64,000 nt of DNA from the NCBI GenBank assembly GCA_020025075.1, contig JAHHSR010000001.1, positions 43,011-107,010 of the forward strand. The letters run 5' to 3'. This stretch comes from Pectinatus sp. (GTDB taxonomy: Bacteria > Bacillota > Negativicutes > Selenomonadales > Selenomonadaceae). Positions 1 to 10,176 of this stretch are shown here, in pieces. The notes under the pieces are model-generated. The model was not told where the DNA came from and did no database searches. It was given only the letters and a program-made list of their open reading frames with translations. The position numbers and the translations under genes were made by a program. Every line of letters starts with the position of its first letter. The stretch's first letter is position 1.

Positions 1-392
1 AGGCCAGCAAGCGTAGTTGTCGTCGTCTTGCCATTAGTACCCGTAATGGCAAAAAGCGGCGCCTTTGAAAGCCGCCAAGCAAATTCCACTTCGCTTATCA
101 CGCAGACGCCCTTTTGCAGCGCATCCTGCACAAAAGGCACGCGAACTGGTACCGCCGGAGAGACGATTAAAAAATTCGTATCTGGTTCCACCGCACATTT
201 GGTATCGCCAAATATGCATTTTATGCCTGCTTTTTCAAGCACCTTTTTATCAGCTTTGAGCTTATCTATAGGCTTGGTGTCAAAAAGCTGCACTGCAGCA
301 CCTGCTTTAGCAGCTACTTCGGCAGCAGCGATACCGCTGATGCCAGCGCCGACGACGGCTATTTTTTTATTTTTCAAATCCTCTAGATTCAT
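1..392 (-). CDS. murD: UDP-N-acetylmuramoylalanine--D-glutamate ligase MurD, N-terminal part (gene runs off the left edge)
   Basis: Own translation of the minus strand from ATG at 392-390: MNLEDLKNKKIAVVGAGISGIAAAEV...LFAITGTNGKTTTTTLAG (GxGxxG fold, then Mur-ligase P-loop). Missing from the ORF track because it is open to the window edge. Lies downstream of mraY as in dcw clusters. Confidence 0.85.
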   Translation of the reverse strand, partial: MNLEDLKNKKIAVVGAGISGIAAAEVAAKAGAAVQLFDTKPIDKLKADKKVLEKAGIKCIFGDTKCAVEPDTNFLIVSPAVPVRVPFVQDALQKGVCVISEVEFAWRLSKAPLFAITGTNGKTTTTTLAG

Positions 393-404
393 CTTATACG
401 CTTC

Positions 405-1376
405 CTATTCCAATAGTAATATCATAAGTGCCAAAATGCCGAATATGCCTTCTGCAATCCAAAAGCGACGCACAACAGTCGTTTCCGGCCATCCCTTCAG
501 TTCAAAATGATGGTGGATAGGACTCATGAGAAACACCCTTTTGCCATGGCGATAACGATAGGACAAAACCTGAATGATAACGGAAAGCGCCTCGATAACA
601 AAAATGCCCCCAATAATGATGAGCAGCAATTCCGTATGCGTCAAAATGGCCACTGCCGCTAAAATGCCGCCTAGAGCCAAAGAACCCGTATCACCCATGA
701 ATATCTTCGCCGGATTGATATTAAAGCGCAAAAATCCCAAAAGAGCTCCCATGCAGCTAAAACAGAAAATCGCTAAATCAAATTTATTAAAGTAAAGGCA
801 GATGAGACCGTAAAAAAACGCCGCAATAGCCACGGTACCAGAAGCCAGTCCATCTAATCCATCGGTTAAATTAACGGCATTAGTAGTGCCAACTAGCACT
901 AATAGCACCAATACATAATAAAATAAATGCAAATTAATTTCAACATCTAAAAATGGCAGCCATAATTTCGTCGAAAGTATGTCATTGTAAATTCCAATGT
1001 AGGTAACCGCCACAGCAATGATTATTTGGCCGAGCAGCTTTTGCCAAGCACGCAGACCAAGATTGCGCTTTAGAACCACTTTGATATAATCGTCAATAAA
1101 GCCGATGACAAAATAACCGAGCATAATGAAAAGCGCTAAGATAATATCCATATCCATGTGTGTGCAAAAAACCGTCGCGGCGACAATACCCAAGACAATT
1201 ATTATACCGCCCATCGTCGGTGTCCCCGTCTTTTTTTGATGGCTTTGTGGTCCTTCAGCGCGAATGCTCTGTCCAAATTTGAGCTTGTGCAGCTGAGGAA
1301 TAAAAAACGGTCCGCAAACCAAAACGACCGCCGCAGCTAAGATTGCCGCCAAAGGCGGCATGAGTAAAATATTCAT
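405..1376 (-). CDS. mraY: Phospho-N-acetylmuramoyl-pentapeptide transferase MraY
   Basis: 323-aa polytopic membrane ORF with MraY signatures (KKTGTPTMGG, DDYIKV, NAVNLTDGLDGLA, FMGDTGSLALGG). dcw context. Confidence 0.95.
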   Translation of the reverse strand: MNILLMPPLAAILAAAVVLVCGPFFIPQLHKLKFGQSIRAEGPQSHQKKTGTPTMGGIIIVLGIVAATVFCTHMDMDIILALFIMLGYFVIGFIDDYIKVVLKRNLGLRAWQKLLGQIIIAVAVTYIGIYNDILSTKLWLPFLDVEINLHLFYYVLVLLVLVGTTNAVNLTDGLDGLASGTVAIAAFFYGLICLYFNKFDLAIFCFSCMGALLGFLRFNINPAKIFMGDTGSLALGGILAAVAILTHTELLLIIIGGIFVIEALSVIIQVLSYRYRHGKRVFLMSPIHHHFELKGWPETTVVRRFWIAEGIFGILALMILLLE

Positions 1377-2755
1377 TAATTGAGATTCTCCAATAGTTCG
1401 ATAATTTTTTCCATATGCATGCTGTGCGAGCCTTTAAAAAGCACCGTATCACCAGGCTTCAAAAAATCGCCAAGCCGCTTTGCCAATTCTCGCTGGTTAT
1501 CAAAAGCAAAAGCCTTCACTCCATTGGCCTGTGCCGCTTCAGCAGCCGCTGCTGCAAGCGTGCCAAACGTAAAAAGCGCATCAATCTTCTGCGCAGCGCA
1601 AAATTCGCCAACTTCTTGGTGAGCTTTAAGCTCTGCCGCTCCCAGCTCCTTCATATCGCCAAAGGCAAAAATCCTGCGCGAACGTGCCACTTTTTGCATT
1701 GCTTCTAAAGAGGAGCGGACCGATGAGGGGCTAGCATTATAGGCATCATTGATGAAAAAGTAATCACGCCAAGGCTTTAGCTCAAAGCGCATACCCGAAG
1801 ATTTAAAGGCAGCTAAGCCTTGGACAATGTTTTTTATTTCCACGCCAAGGTGAATCCCTATACAGATTGCCGCCAAAGCGTCATAGACATTGTGCTCACC
1901 AATTAGCGGTATCTCGCAGGCAAACTTTCCTTCAGGACAAAGACAATCAAAAGTCGTCTTTCCTTCTGTAGTGACATGAATATTTTCCGCCATCACGTCA
2001 GCTTTATTTTTGATGCCAAAAGTCATGCAAGGCGCTAAAGAAATATCGCGCATTGCACTGACAAACGGGTCATCGCCGTTTAAAACAGCAAGGCCATTTC
2101 GGGACAAGGAGGCAATAAGCTCCCCTTTGGCACGGGCGATATTTTTCTTCGAGCCCAAAAGCTCCATGTGCGCTTCACCAACATTTATAACTGCACCGAC
2201 ATCCGGGCAAGCAGCCTTACAAAGCGCCTCTATCTGTCCTAAGCCGCGCATTCCCATTTCTACTACTGCCACCTGCGCAGTAGGGCGCAGCGAAAGAAGT
2301 GTTTGGGCAAGGCCGATTTCTGAATTGTAATTTTTAAACGTCTTACAAATAACATATTTTTGCTCCAAGACAGCCGCTGTGAGGTCTTTAGTCGTCGTCT
2401 TGCCGTTCGAGCCTGTAATCGCTACAACGGGCAAGGAAAATTTTTGCCGCCAAGCACCTGCAATAGCAAGATAGGCAGCGAGCGTATCAGAAACTGCAAT
2501 TATAGTAACTGGAGGCAAAGAAATTTCATCTAAGCGATTGTCATCGACAATTAAGACAGCAACACCTTTTTGTGCTGCCTGTTTCAAAAAATCGTGTCCA
2601 TCAAAACGCTCACCGGACAAAGCCAAAAAAGCCATGCCCTTTTCCAGCGTTCTCGTATCAGTGCTTATGCCATTTAACGAAGCTGTCAACGGCATATTTT
2701 CACCTTGCAGCAATTTGCCTTTTGTCCAGCTTAAAAGTTCTTCTATTGTAAACAT
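1376..2755 (-). CDS. murF: UDP-N-acetylmuramoyl-tripeptide--D-alanyl-D-alanine ligase MurF
   Basis: 459 aa with Mur ligase P-loop ITGSNGKTTTKD. Its stop overlaps the mraY start by 1 nt. Canonical dcw position. Confidence 0.93.
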   Translation of the reverse strand: MFTIEELLSWTKGKLLQGENMPLTASLNGISTDTRTLEKGMAFLALSGERFDGHDFLKQAAQKGVAVLIVDDNRLDEISLPPVTIIAVSDTLAAYLAIAGAWRQKFSLPVVAITGSNGKTTTKDLTAAVLEQKYVICKTFKNYNSEIGLAQTLLSLRPTAQVAVVEMGMRGLGQIEALCKAACPDVGAVINVGEAHMELLGSKKNIARAKGELIASLSRNGLAVLNGDDPFVSAMRDISLAPCMTFGIKNKADVMAENIHVTTEGKTTFDCLCPEGKFACEIPLIGEHNVYDALAAICIGIHLGVEIKNIVQGLAAFKSSGMRFELKPWRDYFFINDAYNASPSSVRSSLEAMQKVARSRRIFAFGDMKELGAAELKAHQEVGEFCAAQKIDALFTFGTLAAAAAEAAQANGVKAFAFDNQRELAKRLGDFLKPGDTVLFKGSHSMHMEKIIELLENLN

Positions 2756-2758
2756 ATT

Positions 2759-4252
2759 TCACCCCAGTTTTTCTATAATGGCTGCACGAGCTTCTTCTTT
2801 ATCATCGAAGTGGATTTTTCCCGTCTTTAAAATCTGGTAGTCCTCATGTCCCTTACCGGCAATTACCACTATATCATCTTTTTGGGCCAGCTCAATTGCA
2901 CGCTTAATGGCAGTACGCCTATCAATAATTTTTTCATGCTGATTGCCATGCAGACCTTCTTTTACGCCAGCTTCCACCTCATCTAAAATAAAAGCAGGGT
3001 CCTCTGTTCGTGGATTATCCGAAGTGGCTATAACAACGTCTGACAGTTGTGCCGCCAATTTGCCCATGACTGGTCTTTTGGTCCTGTCGCGGTCACCGCC
3101 ACAGCCAAAGACCGTAATGATTCGCGCCTTGGCTATCTCGCGTGCCGTATGAAGAATGTTTTCCAGTCCATCTGGCGTATGAGCATAATCAACAATGACA
3201 GAAAAATCCTGTTTTTGGCTGGCACGGACGAGTTCAAAACGGCCTGATACACCTTTAAAGTCCTCTAAGACCGCCTTTATTTTTTCTACAGGTATTTTTT
3301 CCGCCACAGCGGCAGCTATGGCGCCAAGTACATTGTAAACGTTAAACAAGCCCGTAATCTGCAATTTAAGCATCAAGGATACCTTTCCTGCCACTTGCAG
3401 CTCCATGCCGCCAGCATGAATCTTAATGTTCTGAGCAAAAAAGTCTGCTTTTTCCTTTGCGCTATAAGAAAAGCTTGGACAAGCTGTATGCTCAAGCATA
3501 ATTTTTGCTGCCTTGTCATCGCTATTGACGACAGCTGTTTTATTTTTCTTTTTATTTTCCGGCGCCGTCAAAGAAGAAAAGAGACGTGCCTTAGCAAGGG
3601 CATAGTTTTCAAACGTTTTATGAAAATCGAGATGGTCGCGGGTTAAATTGGTAAAAATTGCCGTATCAAACTCGCAGCCCGCCACGCGATTAAGTGCCAA
3701 AGCATGCGAAGATACTTCCATCACGACATAATCGCACTTTGCTTTTAGCATGCGGTACAGAATATGCTGCAGGTCAACTACATCTGGCGTCGTATTATTA
3801 ATCGGTAATACTTCATCGCCAATCATAATTTTGATTGTACCAATAACGCCGACTTTATAGCCCGCTTGGCGCAATATGGCTTGCAGCATATAAGAGGTAG
3901 TAGTCTTGCCATTTGTACCCGTGACGCCAATGAGGCGCATCTTGTGTGCAGGATAATCATAAAAAGCCGGCACAATTTTTTCCAGTGCTGCGTGAACATC
4001 AGGCACAATTATTTTCGCAACATTTGCTGGCACCACAACATCTTCTTCGGCTAAAATGGCAGCAGCACCCTTTTCTAAGACCATGGGAACAAAATCCTTG
4101 CCGTTGCTGACCGTCCCCTTAATGCAGGCAAAAAGAGAACCCTCTACTACCTTTCTCGAATCGTGCTCAATGCCTGTTATCTGCTGATTTAAATCATTTT
4201 CCAAATTCGCTTTTGGCAAAAGCGATATTAAATCTCGTATAGTCTTCACCAA
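2759..4252 (-). CDS. murE: UDP-N-acetylmuramoyl-L-alanyl-D-glutamate--2,6-diaminopimelate ligase MurE
   Basis: 497 aa with P-loop GVTGTNGKTTTSY and the DNPR motif (SDNPRTEDP) typical of meso-DAP-adding MurE. Confidence 0.93.
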   Translation of the reverse strand: MVKTIRDLISLLPKANLENDLNQQITGIEHDSRKVVEGSLFACIKGTVSNGKDFVPMVLEKGAAAILAEEDVVVPANVAKIIVPDVHAALEKIVPAFYDYPAHKMRLIGVTGTNGKTTTSYMLQAILRQAGYKVGVIGTIKIMIGDEVLPINNTTPDVVDLQHILYRMLKAKCDYVVMEVSSHALALNRVAGCEFDTAIFTNLTRDHLDFHKTFENYALAKARLFSSLTAPENKKKNKTAVVNSDDKAAKIMLEHTACPSFSYSAKEKADFFAQNIKIHAGGMELQVAGKVSLMLKLQITGLFNVYNVLGAIAAAVAEKIPVEKIKAVLEDFKGVSGRFELVRASQKQDFSVIVDYAHTPDGLENILHTAREIAKARIITVFGCGGDRDRTKRPVMGKLAAQLSDVVIATSDNPRTEDPAFILDEVEAGVKEGLHGNQHEKIIDRRTAIKRAIELAQKDDIVVIAGKGHEDYQILKTGKIHFDDKEEARAAIIEKLG

Positions 4253-4284
4253 TAATGCCTCTTTTCTATGAATTTAAGGCTGGC

Positions 4285-4311
4285 AAAAAAGGAGCCGTTC
4301 ATAACGACTCC
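4285..4311 (-). terminator. Candidate intrinsic terminator between ftsL and murE
   Basis: Minus strand reads GGAGUCGUU-AUG-AACGGCUCC (9 bp including one G.U) followed directly by UUUUUU (A-run 4285-4290 on the plus strand). Confidence 0.5.
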
Positions 4312-4346
4312 TCAAATAACCAGCTTTAATTATGCCGTTCAAACGC

Positions 4347-4730
4347 TCATTGCTGATTTTTATGAGCGTAAAACACCTTTGCCGGCAAAACCATGCCAAG
4401 CTCTGTCGTGGCAATGTACTGTATCCGGCGCGGCGTCTTTAAGCGGGAAATATCGAGCTGCAGCTGCTCGTTTGCCTGCTTTGTCTTAATCAAGTTATGC
4501 CGTATGCTATCAAGCTTATAGCCTGCATTAGCAATGCAGCACTGCATATATACAAGCACCATCGCCGCTATCGCTGCAACAAAGCACAAGACGAGCACAT
4601 TACGGCGCAAGGCGCCATTGACCTGCGTTTTGATTCCCCTTGCGCCGGTTTGCCGTGGTTTAAGTGGATTCGTGCGCTGCCGTTCTGGCTTTTGCGCCAG
4701 ATTCCCATACGTAGAATATTTATTCGTCAC
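4347..4730 (-). CDS. ftsL: FtsL-like cell division protein (single-pass membrane, coiled-coil)
   Basis: 127 aa with a basic N-terminus, one TM segment (VLVLCFVAAIAAMVLVYMQCCI), then a heptad-like region. Sits immediately downstream of rsmH, as ftsL does in dcw clusters. Confidence 0.65.
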   Translation of the reverse strand: MTNKYSTYGNLAQKPERQRTNPLKPRQTGARGIKTQVNGALRRNVLVLCFVAAIAAMVLVYMQCCIANAGYKLDSIRHNLIKTKQANEQLQLDISRLKTPRRIQYIATTELGMVLPAKVFYAHKNQQ

Positions 4731-4779
4731 TTTTTCTCACCACGCATTTCTTGTACAAATTTGTTCAGCTTGCTTAATA

Positions 4780-5715
4780 CTAAATTTTTTCCGCAATACG
4801 GAGCTTGGCGCTAGCTGCGCGCGAATTGTCGCACAACTCCTGCTCGCTAGGCAAAATAGCTTTGCCGCACAAGCGAATGGAAGGTTTATGGCCGCAAGCG
4901 CAAACGGGCAAATCTGGCGGACATATACAGCCTTGCGCCTCTTGCCGAAAAGTCTTTTTCACTATACGGTCTTCCAAAGAATGAAAAGTGATGACCGCAA
5001 TTCTGCCGCCTGGCTTTAAATGCCTGATAGCCGCCTGCAAAGTATCTTTTATGATGCCAAGTTCATTATTAACTTCAATTCTTATTGCCTGAAAGACGCG
5101 CTTAGCTGGATGACCATTCATCTTGCGCCGCACTGGAAGCGGAATAGCCCGCTGCACGGCATCAACAAGGTCGAACGTTGTTTCTAGCGGTGCAATATTG
5201 CGCCGCTCAACAATAATAGAAGCTATGCGCCGCGCCCAGCGCTCTTCGCCATAATCCTTAAAAATGCGCTCCAAATCCTGTGCACTATAACCATTAACTA
5301 TATCATAAGCGCTCAAACGAGCCCCCTGGTCCATGCGCATATCCAGCTTGCCGTCGTGCATATAGGAAAAGCCACGGTCTTGCGTATCTATTTGGTAAGA
5401 CGACACGCCAAGGTCAAATAAAAATCCATCAGCCTTCTCAATCTGACAGCGTTGCAAAATATTTTCCAAATGACTAAAATTATCGTGCACTATCTGAATC
5501 TTGCAAGAAAACTTTTCCAGCCTTTGTGAAGCCGCTTCAATAGCGGCCGTATCTTGATCAATGCCGATCAAGGTACCGTCAGGACCTAAAGCCTCAGCAA
5601 TGCGGCAGGAATGGCCTCCACCGCCTAAAGTGCAATCGACATAAGTACCGGAATGCTTTATCGAAAGCCCGGTTATTGCCTCATTTTGCATTACGCTGAT
5701 ATGATTAAATTCCAT
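4780..5715 (-). CDS. rsmH: 16S rRNA (cytosine1402-N4)-methyltransferase RsmH/MraW
   Basis: 311 aa with HISVMQNEA, DCTLGGGGHS, DLGVSSYQID and FHSLEDRIVK motifs. Confidence 0.95.
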   Translation of the reverse strand: MEFNHISVMQNEAITGLSIKHSGTYVDCTLGGGGHSCRIAEALGPDGTLIGIDQDTAAIEAASQRLEKFSCKIQIVHDNFSHLENILQRCQIEKADGFLFDLGVSSYQIDTQDRGFSYMHDGKLDMRMDQGARLSAYDIVNGYSAQDLERIFKDYGEERWARRIASIIVERRNIAPLETTFDLVDAVQRAIPLPVRRKMNGHPAKRVFQAIRIEVNNELGIIKDTLQAAIRHLKPGGRIAVITFHSLEDRIVKKTFRQEAQGCICPPDLPVCACGHKPSIRLCGKAILPSEQELCDNSRAASAKLRIAEKI

Positions 5716-5914
5716 AATTTATTTCATCAAAATCGCCCTAAATGACATCTTGAAGCGACAATGAATATATACTCCCCTTTTTAAGGCCAATATGCACACT
5801 CTCTGCCTCATGTGAACTTTTCTCTCACAGACAAGTTTGTTATGCATCTGACAATAGATATTTATTTACTATTCTTCAAAGAAGAAAATAAATCCTTCTA
5901 ATTTTTGTATAAAG

Positions 5915-6568
5915 TTAAAATATTGTCAAATTATCCCTAATCGTTATTACTTCACTAGCTATATTCAAATTGACAGGCGCATTTCTAAGGCGAATATCAT
6001 CTAGCTTTATATATTGCAAATCGTGTGTTTTTTGCCGAAAAGCAGGTGCATTTACCGCCTTCCAGCTCAAATTGATTACATTTTCCTGCTTAGCCGCATA
6101 AGAACGCAATTTTTCAAGCATCGCATAGCACAATTTATAATCTGCATCGCTCAGCTCATTGGGAGGCAATTGCTGGGCTAAAGACAAATTATAGCTCTTG
6201 CTCTTTTGATACAATTTTTCCAAGCGATACTTATACTGCTCCAAACTTATCTGCCTGTCATTAAAGGCTGCAAAGTCATCATTATAGCACGACCAGATAT
6301 AATCAGCCTTTTGAACCTCTTTTTTATAGCCTTCATACCAGGTAATAAAGACTGGCTGTTCAACCAAAATCTGCATCTGGCGCTGCTGCCTTAAAGCTGC
6401 ATTATCATGCTGCATGGCAAACAGCTGCCAAAAAGAAAAAGCTGCACTGCCAGCAATCAAAAGCGAAAAAAACATAAAAATACGGCGGCTTGGCAAATAC
6501 CGATAGCCAGCATACAGCACGGCTATTGTTGCTATGGCAATAAAATATTTTAAATATAGGTGGTTCAT
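5915..6568 (-). CDS. Hypothetical membrane-anchored protein
   Basis: 217-aa ORF with two N-terminal hydrophobic segments and then a soluble domain. No family recognised. Confidence 0.45.
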   Translation of the reverse strand: MNHLYLKYFIAIATIAVLYAGYRYLPSRRIFMFFSLLIAGSAAFSFWQLFAMQHDNAALRQQRQMQILVEQPVFITWYEGYKKEVQKADYIWSCYNDDFAAFNDRQISLEQYKYRLEKLYQKSKSYNLSLAQQLPPNELSDADYKLCYAMLEKLRSYAAKQENVINLSWKAVNAPAFRQKTHDLQYIKLDDIRLRNAPVNLNIASEVITIRDNLTIF

Positions 6569-6813
6569 TATCTCTTTTCCTTTTTATTAACGGCAACTGC
6601 CAAAGCTCGGCGTTTCCGCAAAAAATACAATCTCATTCTATTTTAACAAAATAACCCTCCTTTTTCAAAAAACTTTTGCTGCCATTCAAATACCTTAAAA
6701 AGAGTTGTTATTTGTAAAAATTTTTTATTAATTTGCATTTTCTTCACAAAATGATTACAAATGCCCTAAATACTGCTATAATATAAGAAAAAGTTGTACT
6801 AATCAACAGATAG

Positions 6814-7158
6814 GTGATTTTGATGATTTACGGTAAAATATCGCAGGAGGAATTTGACGCTGCCGAGCGTGCCTATGAAAATTGCGGCAAGCCGGTTTCT
6901 AGCCTTGAACAAAAAAAGGAGTTACCAAAAAAAAAAATGCGTCGTGGCGATATCCTCGCTTTGTTCGTCGCTTTTATTTGCCTTATCGCTGGCACTTTTT
7001 TCTCGGATACATCAGTTTTATTCTTGAGCATTTCTCTTCTGCTTTGGATTTTAAAAGACCATCTGCACTTTGCCCGCGGCACGGAAGAACTGGCAAAAGC
7101 GATGCGTGCTTTTAGTATCATGCTCTTTTTTGGCGCAATTCTCTTATGTATTTTATAA
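6814..7158 (+). CDS. Hypothetical small membrane protein (start may be ATG 6823)
   Basis: 114-aa ORF with a GTG start. AGGTG lies 6 nt before the in-frame ATG at 6823. Three hydrophobic segments. No family recognised. Confidence 0.4.
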   Translation: MILMIYGKISQEEFDAAERAYENCGKPVSSLEQKKELPKKKMRRGDILALFVAFICLIAGTFFSDTSVLFLSISLLLWILKDHLHFARGTEELAKAMRAFSIMLFFGAILLCIL

Positions 7159-7180
7159 AAAACTTGAAAATGGTGAAAAT

Positions 7181-7813
7181 ATGACAATACCAGAAAAGAT
7201 TCATCAAGAAATTGAACTGAAATTGCAAATTGCCACACCTGAAGACATCGAGGCAATGAAGAAATTTTTTAGCAAATATTTTTCCTGCCAAGAAGCTGCA
7301 ACATGCCATATGCAAGCCAGATATTTTGATACTTGTGATTTTTTGCTTTTGCACAGCGGACTCACTTATAGGATAAGGCTTGAAAACACACATTATTTTG
7401 CCACTTTAAAAGGTAAAAATCAATCTAATTCTCCTTTGTGTCGCCGTCTGGAAATAAATATCCCCGCCACAAGCTTTGAACCAGATGCCAATCATTTTGC
7501 CAGCTTTAAAGATGCCCAGCGCTTTACGCACTTGGCACAAGGCAAAAAACTAAGTCCCATCGTTACCAATGATTTTATCCGACAGACCATGCTGGTCAAG
7601 CATGGTAATTGTCAAATTGAAGTTTCACTCGATAAGGGTAATATTTTTGCTGCTGACAAGAATATTCCTATTTGCGAGTTAGAGCTTGAACTAAAAGATG
7701 GCACAGAAGAAGATGTCTTAAAGCTCGGGACTATCCTCAAGGAAAATTTTTTCCTCAAGGATAGCTACGAAAGCAAATTCTATCGTGGCCTGCATGCCAT
7801 AGGCATTTTATAA
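7181..7813 (+). CDS. CYTH-domain protein (triphosphate tunnel metalloenzyme family)
   Basis: N-terminal EIELKLQI (ExExK signature) and C-terminal ELELELK. ATG at 7181 is preferred over the track start at 7070, which overlaps the upstream ORF. Confidence 0.75.
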   Translation: MTIPEKIHQEIELKLQIATPEDIEAMKKFFSKYFSCQEAATCHMQARYFDTCDFLLLHSGLTYRIRLENTHYFATLKGKNQSNSPLCRRLEINIPATSFEPDANHFASFKDAQRFTHLAQGKKLSPIVTNDFIRQTMLVKHGNCQIEVSLDKGNIFAADKNIPICELELELKDGTEEDVLKLGTILKENFFLKDSYESKFYRGLHAIGIL

Positions 7814-7909
7814 CCATAGATGGTCATAGACCATCTATGTAAATATTGTTTATAATTATTTTTATATTCGGAATAGTTGATTTATTATGTTATTAAGGGG
7901 ACATTGCAA

Positions 7910-9049
7910 ATGAAAAAACTAGAATGCCTTGCAATGATTTTAGCTGGCGGGCAGGGCAGCCGCCTAGGCGAATTGACAAAAAAAATAGCCAAGCCCGCAG
8001 TCCACTTCGGCGGCAAGTACCGCATTATTGATTTTCCGCTCAGCAACTGTTCAAACTCTGGCATTTATACGGTCGGCGTTCTCACTCAGTACCGCCCGCT
8101 TGAACTGCATAAATACCTTGGCACAGGCATGGCCTGGAATCTTGACCGCAAAGATGGTGGCGTTTTTATCCTGCCACCTTACGTCACGGCTAACGGTGGC
8201 GACTGGTATAATGGCACGGCTGATGCCGTCTACCGCAATCTCAACTTTATAGATACTTATGACCCCGATTACGTCCTCATCCTCTCTGGCGACCACATCT
8301 ACACAATGGACTATTCATGGATGCTCGAAGAACACAAGATGAATCATGCTGACGTAACCATCGGCGTCATCAAAGTTCCATTGCAAGAAGCCTCGCGCTT
8401 TGGCATCATGTCTACTGATGAAAATGGGCGCATTACTGCATTTGAAGAAAAGCCTCGCCTACCAAAAAGCAATCTTGCCTCGATGGGTATCTATATCTTC
8501 AACAGAAAAATCCTTGCCGATTACTTAGAAAAAGATGCTGCCACGCAAAATTCCGCACACGATTTTGGCAAAAATATCATTCCTGCCCTTTTAAATGACA
8601 GCCGCCGCCTCTTTTCATACAGCTTTGATGGATACTGGAAAGATGTCGGTACAATTGATAGCCTCTGGCAAGCAAATATGGACCTTTTAAATGGCACTTT
8701 TCATCTCTCTCACGCTGACGAATGGCGCATCTATTCTTCTAATCCCGCCTTGCCACCGCACTATATAGGACCCGATGGTTTTGTCCAAAACTGCCTTGTC
8801 AGCAGTGGCGCCATCATTTACGGCACGGCAAAAAATTCAATCATCTTTTCAGGTGTCTGCATCGAAGAAGGCGCTCAGATAGAAGATGCCGTTATTATGC
8901 CTTTTGCCAAAATAAAAAAGGGAGCACTAATAAAAAGAGCCATTGTCGCCCCTGATTGCCAAGTTGGAGCAAATTATACGCTGATGGGAAAAGGCGATAT
9001 TGCGCTCATCGCCGAAAAAACACCTTTAGTAACTGAACAGATTGTTTAG
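7910..9049 (+). CDS. glgC: Glucose-1-phosphate adenylyltransferase GlgC
   Basis: [23 protein letters not shown]..., [24 protein letters not shown] and a C-terminal left-handed beta-helix region. AAGGGGA RBS lies before ATG 7910. Confidence 0.93.
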   Translation: MKKLECLAMILAGGQGSRLGELTKKIAKPAVHFGGKYRIIDFPLSNCSNSGIYTVGVLTQYRPLELHKYLGTGMAWNLDRKDGGVFILPPYVTANGGDWYNGTADAVYRNLNFIDTYDPDYVLILSGDHIYTMDYSWMLEEHKMNHADVTIGVIKVPLQEASRFGIMSTDENGRITAFEEKPRLPKSNLASMGIYIFNRKILADYLEKDAATQNSAHDFGKNIIPALLNDSRRLFSYSFDGYWKDVGTIDSLWQANMDLLNGTFHLSHADEWRIYSSNPALPPHYIGPDGFVQNCLVSSGAIIYGTAKNSIIFSGVCIEEGAQIEDAVIMPFAKIKKGALIKRAIVAPDCQVGANYTLMGKGDIALIAEKTPLVTEQIV

Positions 9050-9060
9050 GGGGGCACAGC

Positions 9061-10164
9061 ATGAAGCACACGATAGGATTAATAAAACTGCAAGAAAGTA
9101 ATCATCTCATTCCCAACATTACGCGCCACCGCCCGCTTGCCACTATTCCCTTTGCCGGACGCTATCGACTTATCGATTTCATCTTGTCCAATATGGTAAA
9201 CTCTGGCATTGAAGATGTCGGTATTCTTCTTCCCGAACAGCCCGCCTCTGTGCTAGACCATATCCGTTCTGGCAAAGACTGGGACCTCGTACGGCGCCAT
9301 TCAGGACTTTTCTATCTGCCTTTTCCCAATACGGAAACAGCAAAGCGCAACGAGCTTGAGGCCTTTTACCATTACCTTGCCTTTTTGGAGCGCAGCACAA
9401 AAGACTACGTTCTCTTAGCTAACGGCCATACGGTCTTTAATATGGACTTTAATCCCGTCTTGCGTTTCCACCAAAACACAGATGCCGACATAACCATGCT
9501 TTATTGCAATGCCCCTAAAGACATGAAGGCTTCCTATACCATCTTGAAGACGGCTGCCGATGGACTCGTAAACGATATTGCCATCTGTCCTTCTGCAAAA
9601 GTCGGCGAAAAAACGGGCATGGGAATTTACCTTATCTCGCGCCACATTTTTATCGATATCGTGCGCTATGCTTACGAGCACGGTGGCTTTAGCCTTTTGC
9701 TGGATGGCATCATGCAGCTCCAAGACAAATATCGCATTTTGGGCTATCCCTATAACGGCTATGTCTCCATTATCAATTCGACACAAAGCTATTATCAGAC
9801 AAGCATGGACCTTTTAAACGCCAACAACTGGCGCGATGTTTTCAATGGTGAGCACCCCATCTATACGCGTACCAAAGATGATTTGCCAACGCACTACAAC
9901 CAGGCAGCCAAAACGCATAATTGCCTCATTTCATCGGGCTGCCAAATTGAAGGCGAAGTTGAAAACAGCATCTTATTTCGCAATGTTTTAGTAAGAAAGG
10001 GAGCAAAAATAAAAAATAGCATCATCATGCAAAAGTGTACCATCGATGCCGATACCATCCTAGAAAACGTCATCTGCGATAAAAATGTTCTCGTCAAATC
10101 TGGCAACAGATTAAAAGGGGCGCCCAATTATCCGTTCATCGTAGAAAAAGACACCGTGATTTAA
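9061..10164 (+). CDS. glgD: Glucose-1-phosphate adenylyltransferase regulatory subunit GlgD
   Basis: 367-aa GlgC paralog (FAGRYRLIDFILSNMVNSG) lacking the GGxGxRL motif. Immediately follows glgC, as in Firmicutes. Confidence 0.88.
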   Translation: MKHTIGLIKLQESNHLIPNITRHRPLATIPFAGRYRLIDFILSNMVNSGIEDVGILLPEQPASVLDHIRSGKDWDLVRRHSGLFYLPFPNTETAKRNELEAFYHYLAFLERSTKDYVLLANGHTVFNMDFNPVLRFHQNTDADITMLYCNAPKDMKASYTILKTAADGLVNDIAICPSAKVGEKTGMGIYLISRHIFIDIVRYAYEHGGFSLLLDGIMQLQDKYRILGYPYNGYVSIINSTQSYYQTSMDLLNANNWRDVFNGEHPIYTRTKDDLPTHYNQAAKTHNCLISSGCQIEGEVENSILFRNVLVRKGAKIKNSIIMQKCTIDADTILENVICDKNVLVKSGNRLKGAPNYPFIVEKDTVI

Positions 10165-10176
10165 GGAGGATTTTCC

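Noticed and set aside
28-510. 160-aa plus-strand ORF at the left edge.
   Set aside because: It is antisense to clear murD and mraY coding sequence and has a low-complexity Ala/Ser-rich translation. It is a shadow ORF.
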